Source: Eledone cirrhosa
Taxonomy: Eukaryota
NCBI GenBank assembly: GCA_964016885.1
Contig: OZ024766.1
Location: 18,476,001 to 18,540,000 of the forward strand
DNA: 64,000 nucleotides
Direction of reading: 5' to 3'
Part shown: positions 42,705 through 54,849 of the stretch, piece after piece
How the letters are laid out: every line of letters starts with the position of its first letter
Position numbering within the stretch: position 1 is the stretch's first letter
The notes under the pieces: generated by a model
What the model saw: only the letters and a program-made list of their open reading frames with translations
Told to the model about the DNA's origin: nothing
Database searches by the model: none
Program-made: the position numbers and the translations under genes

Positions 42705-44071
42705 TGTAGCGGCCCCTTACGGCTGTGACTCGGCACGTATGGGAGTTGCGTCGCTTTACGACGGTCGTAACTCAGCACGTCAGTTACGTAACAGTTACGT
42801 CCCTTTGCGACAGGCGCGAACCCCCATTGGCAGATTCATGTACTAAATGGAGTTGCGTCCCCTTGAGGACTATATATTCGAGGACTGACAAGGCATAAGT
42901 CTCTCTCAGATCCTGAACTTCGAAGAGACAACAAGAACACCTGAGACCTTGTCAAGAGATGACTCCTGTCTCACTTGCTTCACCTGCAAGAATACCGGCA
43001 GCCTAAAGAAATACTTGAACACCTCCAAGAGAAGATTTCTGTTCTTCTCTACACACTCCAGTCTGAGAGTTGTGATCAACTGAACATCTACATGTGGTAA
43101 CAGATTATTTATATTAATTTATTTGACTTCTGTGAAGTAAAACCTTGTCACAACTCTCACCTGAGACCTTGTCAAGAGATCACTCCCTCCTGTCTCACTT
43201 CCTTCACCCGCAAGAAGAAGAATATCAGCAGCCTAAAGAAATGGGGACTATATATTCGGGGACTGACAAGGCATAAGTCTCTCTCAGATCCTGAACTTCG
43301 AAGGGACAACAAGAACACCTGAGACCTTGTCAAGAGATGACTCCTGTCTCTATTCCTTCACCCACAAGAAGAAGAATATCAGCAGCCTAAAGAAATGGGG
43401 ACTATATATTCGGGGACTGACAAGGCATAAGTCTCTCTCACATCCTGAACTTCGAAGTGACAACAAGAACACCTGAGACCTTGTCAAGAGATGACCTCTG
43501 TCTCTCTTCCTTCACTCGCAAGAAGAAGAATACCAGCAGCCTAAAGAAATACTTGAACACCTCCAAGAGAAGATTTCTGTTCTTCTCTACACACTCCAGT
43601 CTGGGAGTTGTGATCAACTGAACATCTACATGTGGTAACAGATTATTTATATTATTTTATTTGACTTCTGTGAAGTAAAACCTTGTTACAACTCTCACCT
43701 GAGACCTTGTCAAGAGATGACCCCTGTCACTCTTCCTTCACCCACAAGAAGAAGAATATCGGCAGCCTAAAGAAATGGGGAATTATATATTCGAGGACTG
43801 CAAGGCATAAGTCTCTCTCACATCCTGAACTTCGAAGGGACAACAAGAACACCTGAGACCTTGTCAAGAGATCACTCCTGTCTCTCTTCCTTCACTCGCA
43901 AGAAGAAGAATACCGGCAGCCTAAAGAAATACTTGAACACCTCCAAGAGAAGATTTCTGTTCTTCTCTACACACTCCAGTCTGAGAGTTGTGATCAACTG
44001 AACATCTACATGTGGTAACAGATTATTTATATTAATTTATTTGACTTCTGTGAAGTAAAACCTTGTCACAA
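42705..44071 (+). mobile_element. Possible solo LTR (TG...CA, about 450 bp) whose 3' half is tandemly re-duplicated
   Basis: Starts tgtagcggcc, has TATA-like gactatatat and ends gtaaaaccttgtcaca (43152); modules repeat to about 44071. Confidence 0.45.
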
Positions 44072-44099
44072 CTCTCACCTGCATTTATTGTCATTCTTG

Positions 44100-44590
<491 letters not shown>

Positions 44591-44875
44591 GAATTTTTTT
44601 TTTTTTTTTTTTTTAATTTTTTTAATTAAAAATTTTTTTAATATAAGGAACTGTTTATTTGTTTATTCATTACTTTATTAATTTATATATATATATATAT
44701 ATATATATAAGAAGTAATTCCGTCGGAAAAGTCCAGGAAAAAAGAGTGCTCTATGTAGGTAACAGAGCTTAATAGTTATGTAATAAACAACATAAGGCAA
44801 TTATTCCATTTACCAGTGGTTTCTTAAAAGCAAAAAATGTTGCTTTCAATCATCAGAATTACACGCCAGGATTTT

Positions 44876-44933
44876 TTCATTCTGATGATTGAAAGCAAAT
44901 TTTTTTGCTTTTAAGAAACCACTGGTAAATGGA
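44876..44933 (+). ncRNA. Type I hammerhead, family C (mirror copy about 44805-44859 on minus strand; palindrome 44772-44966)
   Basis: TTCATT-CTGATGA-[TTGAAAGCAAA...TTTGCTTTTAA]-GAAA-CCACTGG-TA-AATGGA; 11-bp stem II; GUA triplet. Confidence 0.82.
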
Positions 44934-44963
44934 ATAATTGCCTTATGTTGTTTATTACATAAC

Positions 44964-45006
<43 letters not shown>

Positions 45007-45355
45007 GCCGCTGTCTTATTAACAACTCGCTTTCCACTGATTGACCTCGATGTCACGTGATTGATTCTTTTTGAATTTGCCACAGACGTAGAGGCAGTGA
45101 TTTTCTCAATGGCTAGGATTTCAGTCCACGCTTCGCTATTTCCTCTCCACTGAATTATTTTTTTAATAAGTTCCAGAGTCCTCGCTATGCCTGGAAACTT
45201 ACATGAAAAGACACTTTCCTGACGACGGAATGCTTTTCAATATGTTCTTCGGAAAATATATTTACTCCATTCCAGAAACTAATTAGTTGGAAGTGATATT
45301 TTAGTAAGTCAATTTTATAAATTTTTTTATAATTTTATAATTTTCTTATCTTACG

Positions 45356-45405
<50 letters not shown>

Positions 45406-45476
45406 TGATACTAATTTCCTAAAAATGTTTATATATAAACTGCATTACGGTCTCTCTTTTCTCTCTCATTTTTCAG

Positions 45477-45595
45477 TGGATTATGGATGTTCTTGTGTGC
45501 AATGGGTTAGGAATCTACCTAGGGTTACAGACCCTCCGATACCTATCTCTGAAACAGTACCACTGGCGAGGCATGTGGAACATACCCACATATAG
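45477..45595 (+). CDS. PTDSS2: PTDSS2 coding exon 8 ([39 protein letters not shown])
   Basis: tttttcag acceptor, gtacgt donor, 119 nt; [14 protein letters not shown] matches vertebrate PTDSS2. Confidence 0.98.
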
Positions 45596-45675
45596 GTACG
45601 TACCAGGGTGGTTAGTACTGGGGTAGAGTGTGTCTATATGGTGGAGAAGTAGTATGTGGAATATATATATATATA

Positions 45676-46577
45676 CAGGGTGTGGACGATATTTGTTCGC
45701 AAATTTTCAACTGCTAATTTTATGCAAATTATTTTTACTTCCATTGTCACTCTTGTCTTCATAAAAACAGTGACTATATTTCCATTATTTATTTTCAGAA
45801 TAATTGATTATGAATAATTTTTAACCTCCAAATTTGTGGAAGAGACACGGAGTTCTTCTTGGAATCCGTGCCGGGAGGACAAATAAGACCAGAAGATCAA
45901 CTCCCAGAACAAAAGGTGGCTCGCTGTCTCATCCAAAGACGTGCCCAGAGTCATGCAGATAAAGTGTCCAGCGACAACATTGGTCTTAGGTGTCTTAGGT
46001 GTTGTCAGCAGTCAAGGTGACGTAATGCCACCTCACTTCTTCCCTGAGGGTCTCAAGCTGAACACCGATGGCTACATCTGCGTTCTGAGCGAGGTAGTAA
46101 AGCCCTGGATCGACCAGGTAGCTGCAGGTAGGCGGTAAGTGTGGCAGCAAGACTCAGCGCCCTGCCATACCAGCCGAAAGACCCAAGCCTGGCTGTCAGA
46201 GAACTTCGTCGACCACACTTCACCTGACATCTGGCCTCCCAGCTAGCCTGACTGCAACCCCCTCGACTTCTTTGTGTGGGGCGCTGGGGAACGAGACACC
46301 AACAGATCCCGCTGCAATACGAAAGACGATCTGAAGGCCAGGATCAGGAGTGCCTTTAGGGGCCTAAGTCAGGGGACAGTGATGAAGGCCTGTAGCCGGT
46401 TCCGAGGCCGCCTTGAGGCCGTCATCAAAGCCAATGGCGGGTTTATCGAGTGAGATCGAAAGAACAAGTCATGAAGACAAACTGACCCAAGTTTGATAAA
46501 TATATCTTAAAAAATAAAACTACTGTCCTACTTTTTCTTAGACAGTTATCTTGCGAACAAATATCGTCCGCACCCTG
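45676..46577 (+). mobile_element. Internally deleted maT (DD37D) Tc1/mariner transposon
   Basis: 27-bp TIRs cagggtg(t/c)ggacgatatttgttcgcaa with TA flanks; transposase remnant WQQDSAPCH...WPPS*PDCNPLD with 37 residues between the 2nd and 3rd Asp; two in-frame stops; N-terminus missing. Confidence 0.93.
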
Positions 46578-46734
46578 TATATATTTACTGGGGCGGTGGG
46601 GTACTGAGGGGGGGGGGGGAATATACCCACATATAGGTGGGTAATGGTACTGGGGTAGTTTGTGTGGGTGGGTGGATAATGATGGGGTGAGGTGGTGGGG
46701 TACTGAGGTAGTGCTGCTGTATGTGTGTGTGTGT

Positions 46735-46770
<36 letters not shown>

Positions 46771-47133
46771 ATATTGTGTGGATATTGAGGAAAATTTGGC
46801 TGCTATTTCTACCCTGTTGCTGTTGTTGTTAACATAATTTTTAACCCTTTCTCTTACCCAGCGGCAAGTTAAAGAGGGTGGCTGCCCAGTTCAAACTCTA
46901 CAGTTATGGGTAGTGTTAGGGGTACTGGGGTATTGAGGGAGATTTGGCTGCTATTTCTAGCCTGTTGTTACTATTTCTCTTACCCAGTGGCAAGTTAAAG
47001 AGGGTGGCTGCCCAGTTCACACTCTACAGTTATAGATAGTGTTAGGGGTACTATATATTGTGTGTATGGGGGAGATATTTGAGGAAGATTTGGCTGCTAT
47101 TTCTAGCCTGTTTTTACTATTTCTCTTACCCAG

Positions 47134-47248
47134 TGGCAAGTTAAAGAGGGTGGCTGCCCAGTTCACACCCTACAGTTGGACTGATTATGAATGGACCCCC
47201 ACCAGTAGCTTGAAGAGGTGGATGGCAATGTTAGGAGTCATAGCTATT
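47134..47248 (+). CDS. PTDSS2: PTDSS2 coding exon 9 ([38 protein letters not shown])
   Basis: cttacccag acceptor, gtgagt donor, 115 nt; QFTPYSW motif. Confidence 0.96.
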
Positions 47249-47364
47249 GTGAGTATATCTTTATAGTTACACTGTGTGTGTGTGTGTGTGTGTGTGTCTG
47301 TGTGTATATATGTGTGTGTGTGTGTGTCTGTGTAAATGTATGTGCGTGTGTGTGAGTATATATA

Positions 47365-47849
47365 TCATCACCATCATCATTTTACGTCCACTTTTCCCTG
47401 CTTGCAAGGGTGGGATGGGAACTGATTCTGGCTTGATTTCTACAGCTGGATGCCCTTCTTAACACCAACCTCATTTACAGTGAGTGCTGGGTGCTTTTTT
47501 GCCGTGGCACCTCCACGACCACTTTACAGTAAGTGCTGGGTGCTTCTTTGCTGTGGCACCTCCACGACCACTTTACAGTGAGTGCTGGGTGCTTTTTTGC
47601 TGTGGCACCTCCACGACCACTTTACAGTGAGTGCTGGGTGCTTTTTTGCCGTGGCACCTCCACGACCACTTTACAGTGGAATGATAGGGACCCCAGTCCC
47701 TATCATCTCATTTCTACAGCTGAGTAAACTGGAGCAATGTGAAATAAAGTGTCTTGCTCAAGGAGACAACACATCACCCGGTCTGAGAATTGAACTCACA
47801 ACCTTTTGATTGCAAGGCCAATGCTCTAACCACTCAGCCATGTGCCTCC
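47365..47849 (-). mobile_element. Full-length SINE (family of 17164) with about 4 internal 49-bp repeats
   Basis: Reverse complement of 17164-17490. Confidence 0.88.
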
Positions 47850-48259
47850 ATATATATATATATATATGTTTACCGAATTCGTAGACCAGACCCCTTCTTC
47901 TTCTTCTTCTTCTTCTTCTTCCCCCCCGTTAGACCTGTGCGAAATTCCTTCCTTGCTCACATTTCAACCAGATTTGATGGTCTTTCGTCTCTTGTTCACG
48001 ATTTCACCGAGTTTATATTCATAGAGATCTGGGACTTGTCTCTTTCTTCTCACTTTCCGTTGCTTAAACCATTTTGTTTGTTACCCTAGCGTCCCCTTTA
48101 TTTACGTGTCCCAACGACTTTTTTTAGCCGTTGTTCGCACCAACCTGAGGCATATGGCCCTTAAAGCGATGAAATGCCTGGGACGGTTGGAGGGTCACTG
48201 ATGAAGGACTTACTTTTTCATATGCACCACCATTTGCAACGCGCAGCCATCATTATTAT

Positions 48260-48378
48260 CATATATATATATATATATATATATTTCTCTCTCTCTCTCT
48301 CTCTCTCATCTCTCCCACCTCTCCCTCTCTATATATATATATATATATATTTCTCTCTCTCTCTCTCATCTCTCCCAC

Positions 48379-48432
<54 letters not shown>

Positions 48433-48580
48433 CTCTCTCTCTCTCTCATCTCTCCCACCTCTCCCTCTCTCTATATATATATATATTTCTCTCTCTCTCT
48501 CTCTCTCTCATCTCTCCCACCTCTCCCTCTCTATATATATATATATATATATTTCTCTCTCTCTCTCTCATCTCTCCCAC

Positions 48581-48632
<52 letters not shown>

Positions 48633-48722
48633 CTCTCTCTCTCTCTCTCATCTTTCCCACCTCTCTCTCTCTATATATATATATATATTTCTCTCTCTCT
48701 CTCTCTCTCTCATCTCTCCCAC

Positions 48723-48810
<88 letters not shown>

Positions 48811-48811
48811 T

Positions 48812-48847
<36 letters not shown>

Positions 48848-48897
48848 TCTCTCTCTCTCTCATCTCTCCCACCTCTCTCTCTATATATATATATTTC

Positions 48898-48953
<56 letters not shown>

Positions 48954-49100
48954 TTCTCTCTCTCTCTCCCACCTCCCACCTCCCTCTCTCTATATATATA
49001 TATAATCTCTCCCCCTGTCTACCCCCTCACAGTTCCTATTGGCGGAGTTAAACACATCTTTCTCACCTCTCTCTCTCTCTCTCTCTCTCATCTTTCCCAC

Positions 49101-49140
<40 letters not shown>

Positions 49141-49200
49141 TTCTCTCTCTCTCTCTCTCATCTCTCCCACCTCTCTCTCTCTCTATATATATATATAATC
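48260..49200. repeat. Compound (TA)n-(CT)n-catctctcccacct minisatellite
   Basis: Direct inspection. Confidence 0.92.
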
Positions 49201-49225
49201 TCTCCCCCTGTCTACCCCCTCACAG

Positions 49226-49371
49226 TTCCTATTGGCGGAGTTAAACACATTCTACCTGAAGTTTGTACTATGGATTCCCCCCGAACACTGCCTGTGTCTG
49301 GGGCGACTGACCCTCTTTCTTGTGATGGGAGCTGTTGCTATGCGGGAGGTCTTTCAGTACCTTGACGACCC
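49226..49371 (+). CDS. PTDSS2: PTDSS2 coding exon 10 ([49 protein letters not shown])
   Basis: ctcacag acceptor, gtaagt donor, 146 nt; [12 protein letters not shown] motif. Confidence 0.97.
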
Positions 49372-49462
49372 GTAAGTACACACACACACACACACATTCA
49401 CATATATACATATATACATATATACACACACTTTATTACATAGTCACATACACACACATATC

Positions 49463-49530
<68 letters not shown>

Positions 49531-49585
49531 GATGAGATTCTACAGGACTAGAACTGTTTCATTCTTTAGAAATCATCAGGAATCC

Positions 49586-49640
49586 TGAGATTCCTGATGA
49601 TTTCTAAAGAATGAAACAGTTCTAGTCCTGTAGAATCTCA
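49586..49640 (+). ncRNA. Type I hammerhead, family A (mirror copy about 49533-49585 on minus strand; perfect palindrome with a 4-nt centre)
   Basis: TGAGATTC-CTGATGA-T[TTC taaa GAA]T-GAAA-CAG ttctagtc CTG-TA-GAATCTCA; 8-bp stem I; GUA triplet; non-canonical U-U at the base of stem II. Confidence 0.8.
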
Positions 49641-49764
49641 TCTATATTAAAACTTTTATACTCTGCAATGTATTGAGTACCTTACTTACTGTGGTTACCT
49701 CCGATTCAACCCGGAATAACGTACACACATATATATGTATATATATATATATATATGTGTGTAG

Positions 49765-50024
49765 AAGTTCTATTTAGATTGTTGGGATACAACAAGCAAA
49801 TATTTTTATAACTGATATAAAGCACTCAACAAGTATTTGGAGTAAAAATACGATATTAACAAATGGAAACTATATTTATAAAACCATATTTATTTCATTA
49901 TACATATTTCAAGGACACCACGTTAAATTATGGTCTGCTTTCATCAGACAAATACTTGTTGAGTGCTTTATATCTGTTATAAGAATATTTGCTTGTTGTA
50001 TCCCAACAATTTAAATAGAACTTT

Positions 50025-50063
<39 letters not shown>

Positions 50064-50520
50064 GTGTATATATATATATATGCAAAAGTTCTATTTAATT
50101 TGTTGGGATACAACAAGCAAATATTTTTATAACAGATATAAAGCACTCAACAAATAATTGGAGTAAATATACGATATTAACAAATGGAAACTATATTTAT
50201 AAAACCATATTTATTTCATTATACATATTTCAAGGACACCAAGTTAAATTATGGTGTGCTTTCATCAGATAAAATATAATATAGATTAGTTTTATAAATA
50301 AATATTGACATACCCTTAAAGAATGCAACCTATGCCACTATCTGGGAGCTTCCAACAGAAATGGTTGCATTCTTTAAGGGTATGTCAATATTTATTTATA
50401 AAACTGATCTATATTATATTTTATCTGATGAAAGCACACCATAATTTAACTTGGTGTCCTTGAAATATGTATAATGAAATAAATATGGTTTTATAAATAT
50501 AGTTTCCATTTGTTAATATA
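49765..50520. repeat. Nested inverted/direct repeat complex, Penelope pLTR-like, with three family D hammerheads
   Basis: Layout A-B, rc(A), (TA)n, A-B-C, rc(C)-rc(B). Confidence 0.85.
50419..50479 (+). ncRNA. Type I hammerhead, family D (minus-strand copies at 50214-50274 and about 49893-49953)
   Basis: TTTTAT-CTGATGA-[AAGCACACCA...TGGTGTCCTT]-GAAA-TATGTA-TA-ATGAAA; AUA triplet. Confidence 0.8.
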
Positions 50521-50584
50521 TTGTATATATATATATATTTATATTTGTTTTTATGTTTTTTATAATTTTTTAAATTTTATTTTC

Positions 50585-51015
50585 TGCTCTCTTTCTCTCT
50601 TTCTCTCTTTCTCTCTCTCTCATCTCTCTCTCTCGTCTCTCTCTCACCTCATCTCTCTCTCATCTCTCCCACCTCTCTCTCCCTTTCTCTCTCTCACCAC
50701 TCTTTCTCTCTCTCTCACCTCTCTCTCTGTCTCTCTCTCGTCTCTCTCTCGTCTCTCTCTCTCTCTCTCGTCTCTCTCTCTCTCTCGTCTCTCTCTCTCT
50801 CTCGTCTCTCTCTCTCACTTCATCTCTCTCTCATCTCTCCCACCTCTCTCTCATCTCTCTCTCATCTCTCTCACCTCATCTCTCTCTCATCTCTCTCATC
50901 TCTCTCTCCCTCTCTCTCATCTCTCTCATCTCTCTCATCTCTCTCATCTCTCTCTCCCTCTCTCTCATCTCTCCCACCTCTCTCTCTCATCTCTCTCTCA
51001 TCTCTCTCTCTTGTC
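50585..51015. repeat. (CT)n tract
   Basis: Direct inspection. Confidence 0.92.
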
Positions 51016-51024
51016 TCCACACAG

Positions 51025-51295
51025 CAACTGTAAGAAGTTTGGCCGTCAGTCATGGCTGATCGCGGCCATCATCATCACAGAGTTCCTGGTCACCATCCAC
51101 TTCGACTGGCAGACGATAACGAAGCCCGTGCCGAAGACTGCGGCCACGTTCTGGCTGGTCGGCTTCCTCTCGTTGCTCCTCTGGACCTTCTGGAAGTTTT
51201 ACGTGAAGCGTGACGTCAAGAACGACATCCCACGGCAGCAGCAGCGACTGAAGCAGCTGCAACAGCAGCAGCAGCAGCAGCAGCAGCAACAAGAG

Positions 51296-51326
<31 letters not shown>

Positions 51327-51913
51327 GCCACCTGGAACCCGGCGTGGAAACGGTTGCGGAAGACGGTTCGTCGGGGAGGAACGGATTTGCGAAAAAAGGG
51401 GGCACGGCCGCCGCAGGAAAAACAGAAACTGGGTCGGGGGGGAAAGGGGTCGGGGAGGACGAGGAGGAGGGGGAAGAGGAGGTGGTGGAGGAGGAGGAGG
51501 GGAGGAGGAAAGTGGTGGAGGTGGGGGTGAGCGGGGGAGCGAAGAGGGGCGGCGGCGGCGGCGGCGGAGGAACGGCGGGGGACGACGAGGGGGAGGAGGT
51601 GTCGTCGGCGGCGAGCGGTGGAGAGGGGGGAGGAGGGATTTCGGACGCCATGGCGACCGTCGTCAGGCGGACGCTGGCGGTGACGTCGGGCCTGTTGCCG
51701 GGCGACGGCGGGGCGGCGGCGGCGACGACGACGACGGTGAGGCAGCGAAAGGGGGGGAGCAGGTCGGGGCAGGAAGGTGGGGACGAGGCGGAGGGTGAGG
51801 AAGGGTCGGAGCAGCGCCCCCTGGGGGATCACGAGGGCCTCCCTTGGTCCTCGCACGACTCCTCCTCCCCCTCGCCGCCGCCCAGGGTTAAACAACATTA
51901 CACACGGCTCTGA
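51025..51913 (+). CDS. PTDSS2: PTDSS2 terminal coding exon 11 (NCKKFGRQSWLIAAIIITEFL...polyQ/acidic/Gly tail...HYTRL*)
   Basis: ccacacag acceptor; KKFGRQSWLIAAI..TE matches KKLGPQAWLVAAITATE; frame open to TGA at 51911-51913. The 3' part is less certain because an internal donor cannot be excluded. Confidence 0.88.
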
Positions 51914-52410
51914 CACACACACATATAGACTAACACACACACATATATACACACACACACATACACACGTATATACACACATACACATATAGACTAACAC
52001 ACACACATATATACACACACACATATGCACACGTACATACACACATATATACACACACACACATATACACATATAGACTAACACACACACATATACACAC
52101 ACACACACACATATAGACTAACACACACACATATATACACACACACACATATACACATAGACTAACACACACACATATACACAGACACACATATACACAT
52201 ATAGACTAACATACACACATATACACACACATACACATATAGACTAACACACACATGTACACACACACACACATACACATAAAGACTAACACACACACAT
52301 ACACATATAGACTAACACACACACACACACACACATATACACATGTAGACTAACACACACATATACACACACACATATACACACATGTACACACACATAC
52401 ACATATAGAC

Positions 52411-52489
<79 letters not shown>

Positions 52490-52659
52490 GCGACAACAAC
52501 TGTCTTATAGATTGTTAGAATTACCAAAATTTCTGTGAGTCCCCCACCCCGCTCCACTCCACTCCCCCAGACCCCTTTTTTGGGGGCCAGCACCCTTGAT
52601 TACTTCCTTTGAAACTTCCTGTTGAAATTTAAGGGTGGCGATGGTGGGAGTCTGACCCC

Positions 52660-54000
52660 TTCCTTGTTTATGATGGTGATGATGATGGTGATGATGGTGA
52701 TGGCGGGGATGGTGAGGTGACGATGGCCCCTTCTTTGTTTATGAGCCCTTCCTTGTTTATGATGGTGATGATGATGGCCCCTTCTTTTGTTTATGAGCCC
52801 TTATTTATGATGGTGATGATGATGGCCCCTTTGTTTATGAGCCCTTCTTGTTTATGAGGATCATGATGATGGCCCCTTCTTTGTTTATGAACCCTTCCTT
52901 GTTTATCATGATGATGATGGCCCCTTCTTTGTTTATGAACCCTTCCTTGTTTATCATGATGATGATGATGGCCCCTTCTTTGTTTATGAACCCTTCCTTG
53001 TTTATCATGATGATGATGGCCCCTTCTTTGTTTATGAACCCTTCCTTGTTTACCATGATGATGGTGATGGCCCCTACTTTGTTTATGAGCCCTTCCTTGT
53101 TTATCATGATGATGATGGCCCCTTCTTTGTTTATGAACCCTTCCTTGTTTATCATGATGATGATGGCCCCTTCTTTGTTTATGAGCCCTTCCTTGTTTAT
53201 CATGATGATGATGGCCCCTTCTTTGTTTATGAACCCTTCCTTGTTTATCATGATGATGATGGCCCCTTCTTTGTTTATGAGCCCTTCCTTGTTTATCATG
53301 ATGATGATGGCCCCTTCTTTGTTTATGAACCCTTCCTTGTTTATCATGATGATGATGGCCCCTTCTTTGTTTATGAGCCCTTCCTTGTTTATCATGATGA
53401 TGATGGCCCCTTCTTTGTTTATGAACCCTTCCTTGTTTATCATGATGATGATGGCCCCTTCTTTGTTTATGAGCCCTTCCTTGTTTATCATGATGATGAT
53501 GGCCCCTTCTTTGTTTATGAACCCTTCCTTGTTTATCATGATGATGATGGCCCCTTCTTTGTTTATGAGCCCTTCCTTGTTTATCATGATGATGATGGCC
53601 CCTTCTTTGTTTATGAACCCTTCCTTGTTTATCATGATGATGATGATGGCCCCTTCTTTGTTTATGAACCCTTCCTTGTTTATCATGATGATGATGGCCC
53701 CTTCTTTGTTTATGAACCCTTCCTTGTTTATCATGATGATGATGATGGCCCCTTCTTTGTTTATGAACCCTTCCTTGTTTATCATGATGATGATGATGGC
53801 CCCTTCTTTGTTTATGAACCCTTCCTTGTTTATCATGATGATGATGATGGCCCCTTCTTTGTTTATGAACCCTTCCTTGTTTATCATGATGATGGTGATG
53901 GCCCCTTCTTTGTTTATGAACCCTTCCTTGTTTATCATGATGATGGTGATGGCCCCTTCTTTGTTTATGATGATGATGATGATGGCGATGATGGTGGTGA
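52660..54000. repeat. Minisatellite of about 48-51 bp (gccccttctttgtttatgaacccttccttgtttatc(atg)n)
   Basis: Direct inspection; more than 20 copies. Confidence 0.95.
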
Positions 54001-54189
54001 TGGCGGGGATGGTGGTGATGATAGCTCTGTATTATATATAGAGCACTCTAATTATGGTGCGCAAATTATGGTGCGCTTTCATCAGATAAAATACAAATTT
54101 GTTTTATAAATAAATATTGACATACCCGAAACAAAGACAACCTTAATGGCTGAAGTTTGCTGAATAGTAATATATACATACATACATAC

Positions 54190-54250
<61 letters not shown>

Positions 54251-54538
54251 CGTTATTCCGGGTTGAATCGGAGGTAACCACAGCAAGTAAGGTACTCAAT
54301 ACATAGCAGAGTATAAAAGTTTTAATATAGATGAGATTCTACAGGACTAGAACTGTTTCATTCTTTAGAAATCATCAGGAATCTGGGTATCAAAAAATAA
54401 ATATGGTGTTGTAGCTTTGTAGAATTAGCTTTTAATGAATTCCCTTTTCTATCAACCAATGACCTGCACCCATCCCACTCCCCACCCTCTCCTACCACTT
54501 GTAGAGACCTATAAATACCATATTTATTTTTGATACCC

Positions 54539-54589
54539 AGATTCCTGATGATTTCTAATGAATGAAACAGTTCTAGTCCTGTAGAATCT
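54539..54589 (+). ncRNA. Type I hammerhead, family A (mirror copy about 54334-54384 on minus strand; inverted repeat about 54320-54410 / 54515-54605)
   Basis: AGATTC-CTGATGA-TTTCTAATGAAT-GAAA-CAG...CTG-TA-GAATCT. Confidence 0.78.
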
Positions 54590-54849
54590 CATCTATATTA
54601 AAACTATATATGTATATATATATATATACAAATATAAATTAGCGAGAATCGTATTTCGGCTTAGGAATTAGCGAAAAACAACTTCCGAGATGTGTGGCAA
54701 GTGCTCAATGATTCTGATGAACCAGAGCTATAACAAACGTTAAAGGCCAAACACACTGAGACGATGGTTAAACAATCATCCGCACAGCCAAAGAAACGAC
54801 CAAGTAATTCGGGTGAAACAATTAAAAATATATGTGATTGTATATATCT

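Noticed and set aside
48198-48204. Isolated CTGATGA cores (also 56929-56935 and about 54078-54084 on the minus strand, CTGACGA at about 45219)
   Set aside because: No properly placed GAAA with stem III and stem I; at most truncated relics.
51050-52108. 352-aa antisense ORF
   Set aside because: Shadow of the GC-rich PTDSS2 last exon plus (TG)n repeats.
54708-54780. CTGATGA...TAAA hammerhead-like fold
   Set aside because: GAAA and stem III are missing, and the mirror arm reads CAGATGA.
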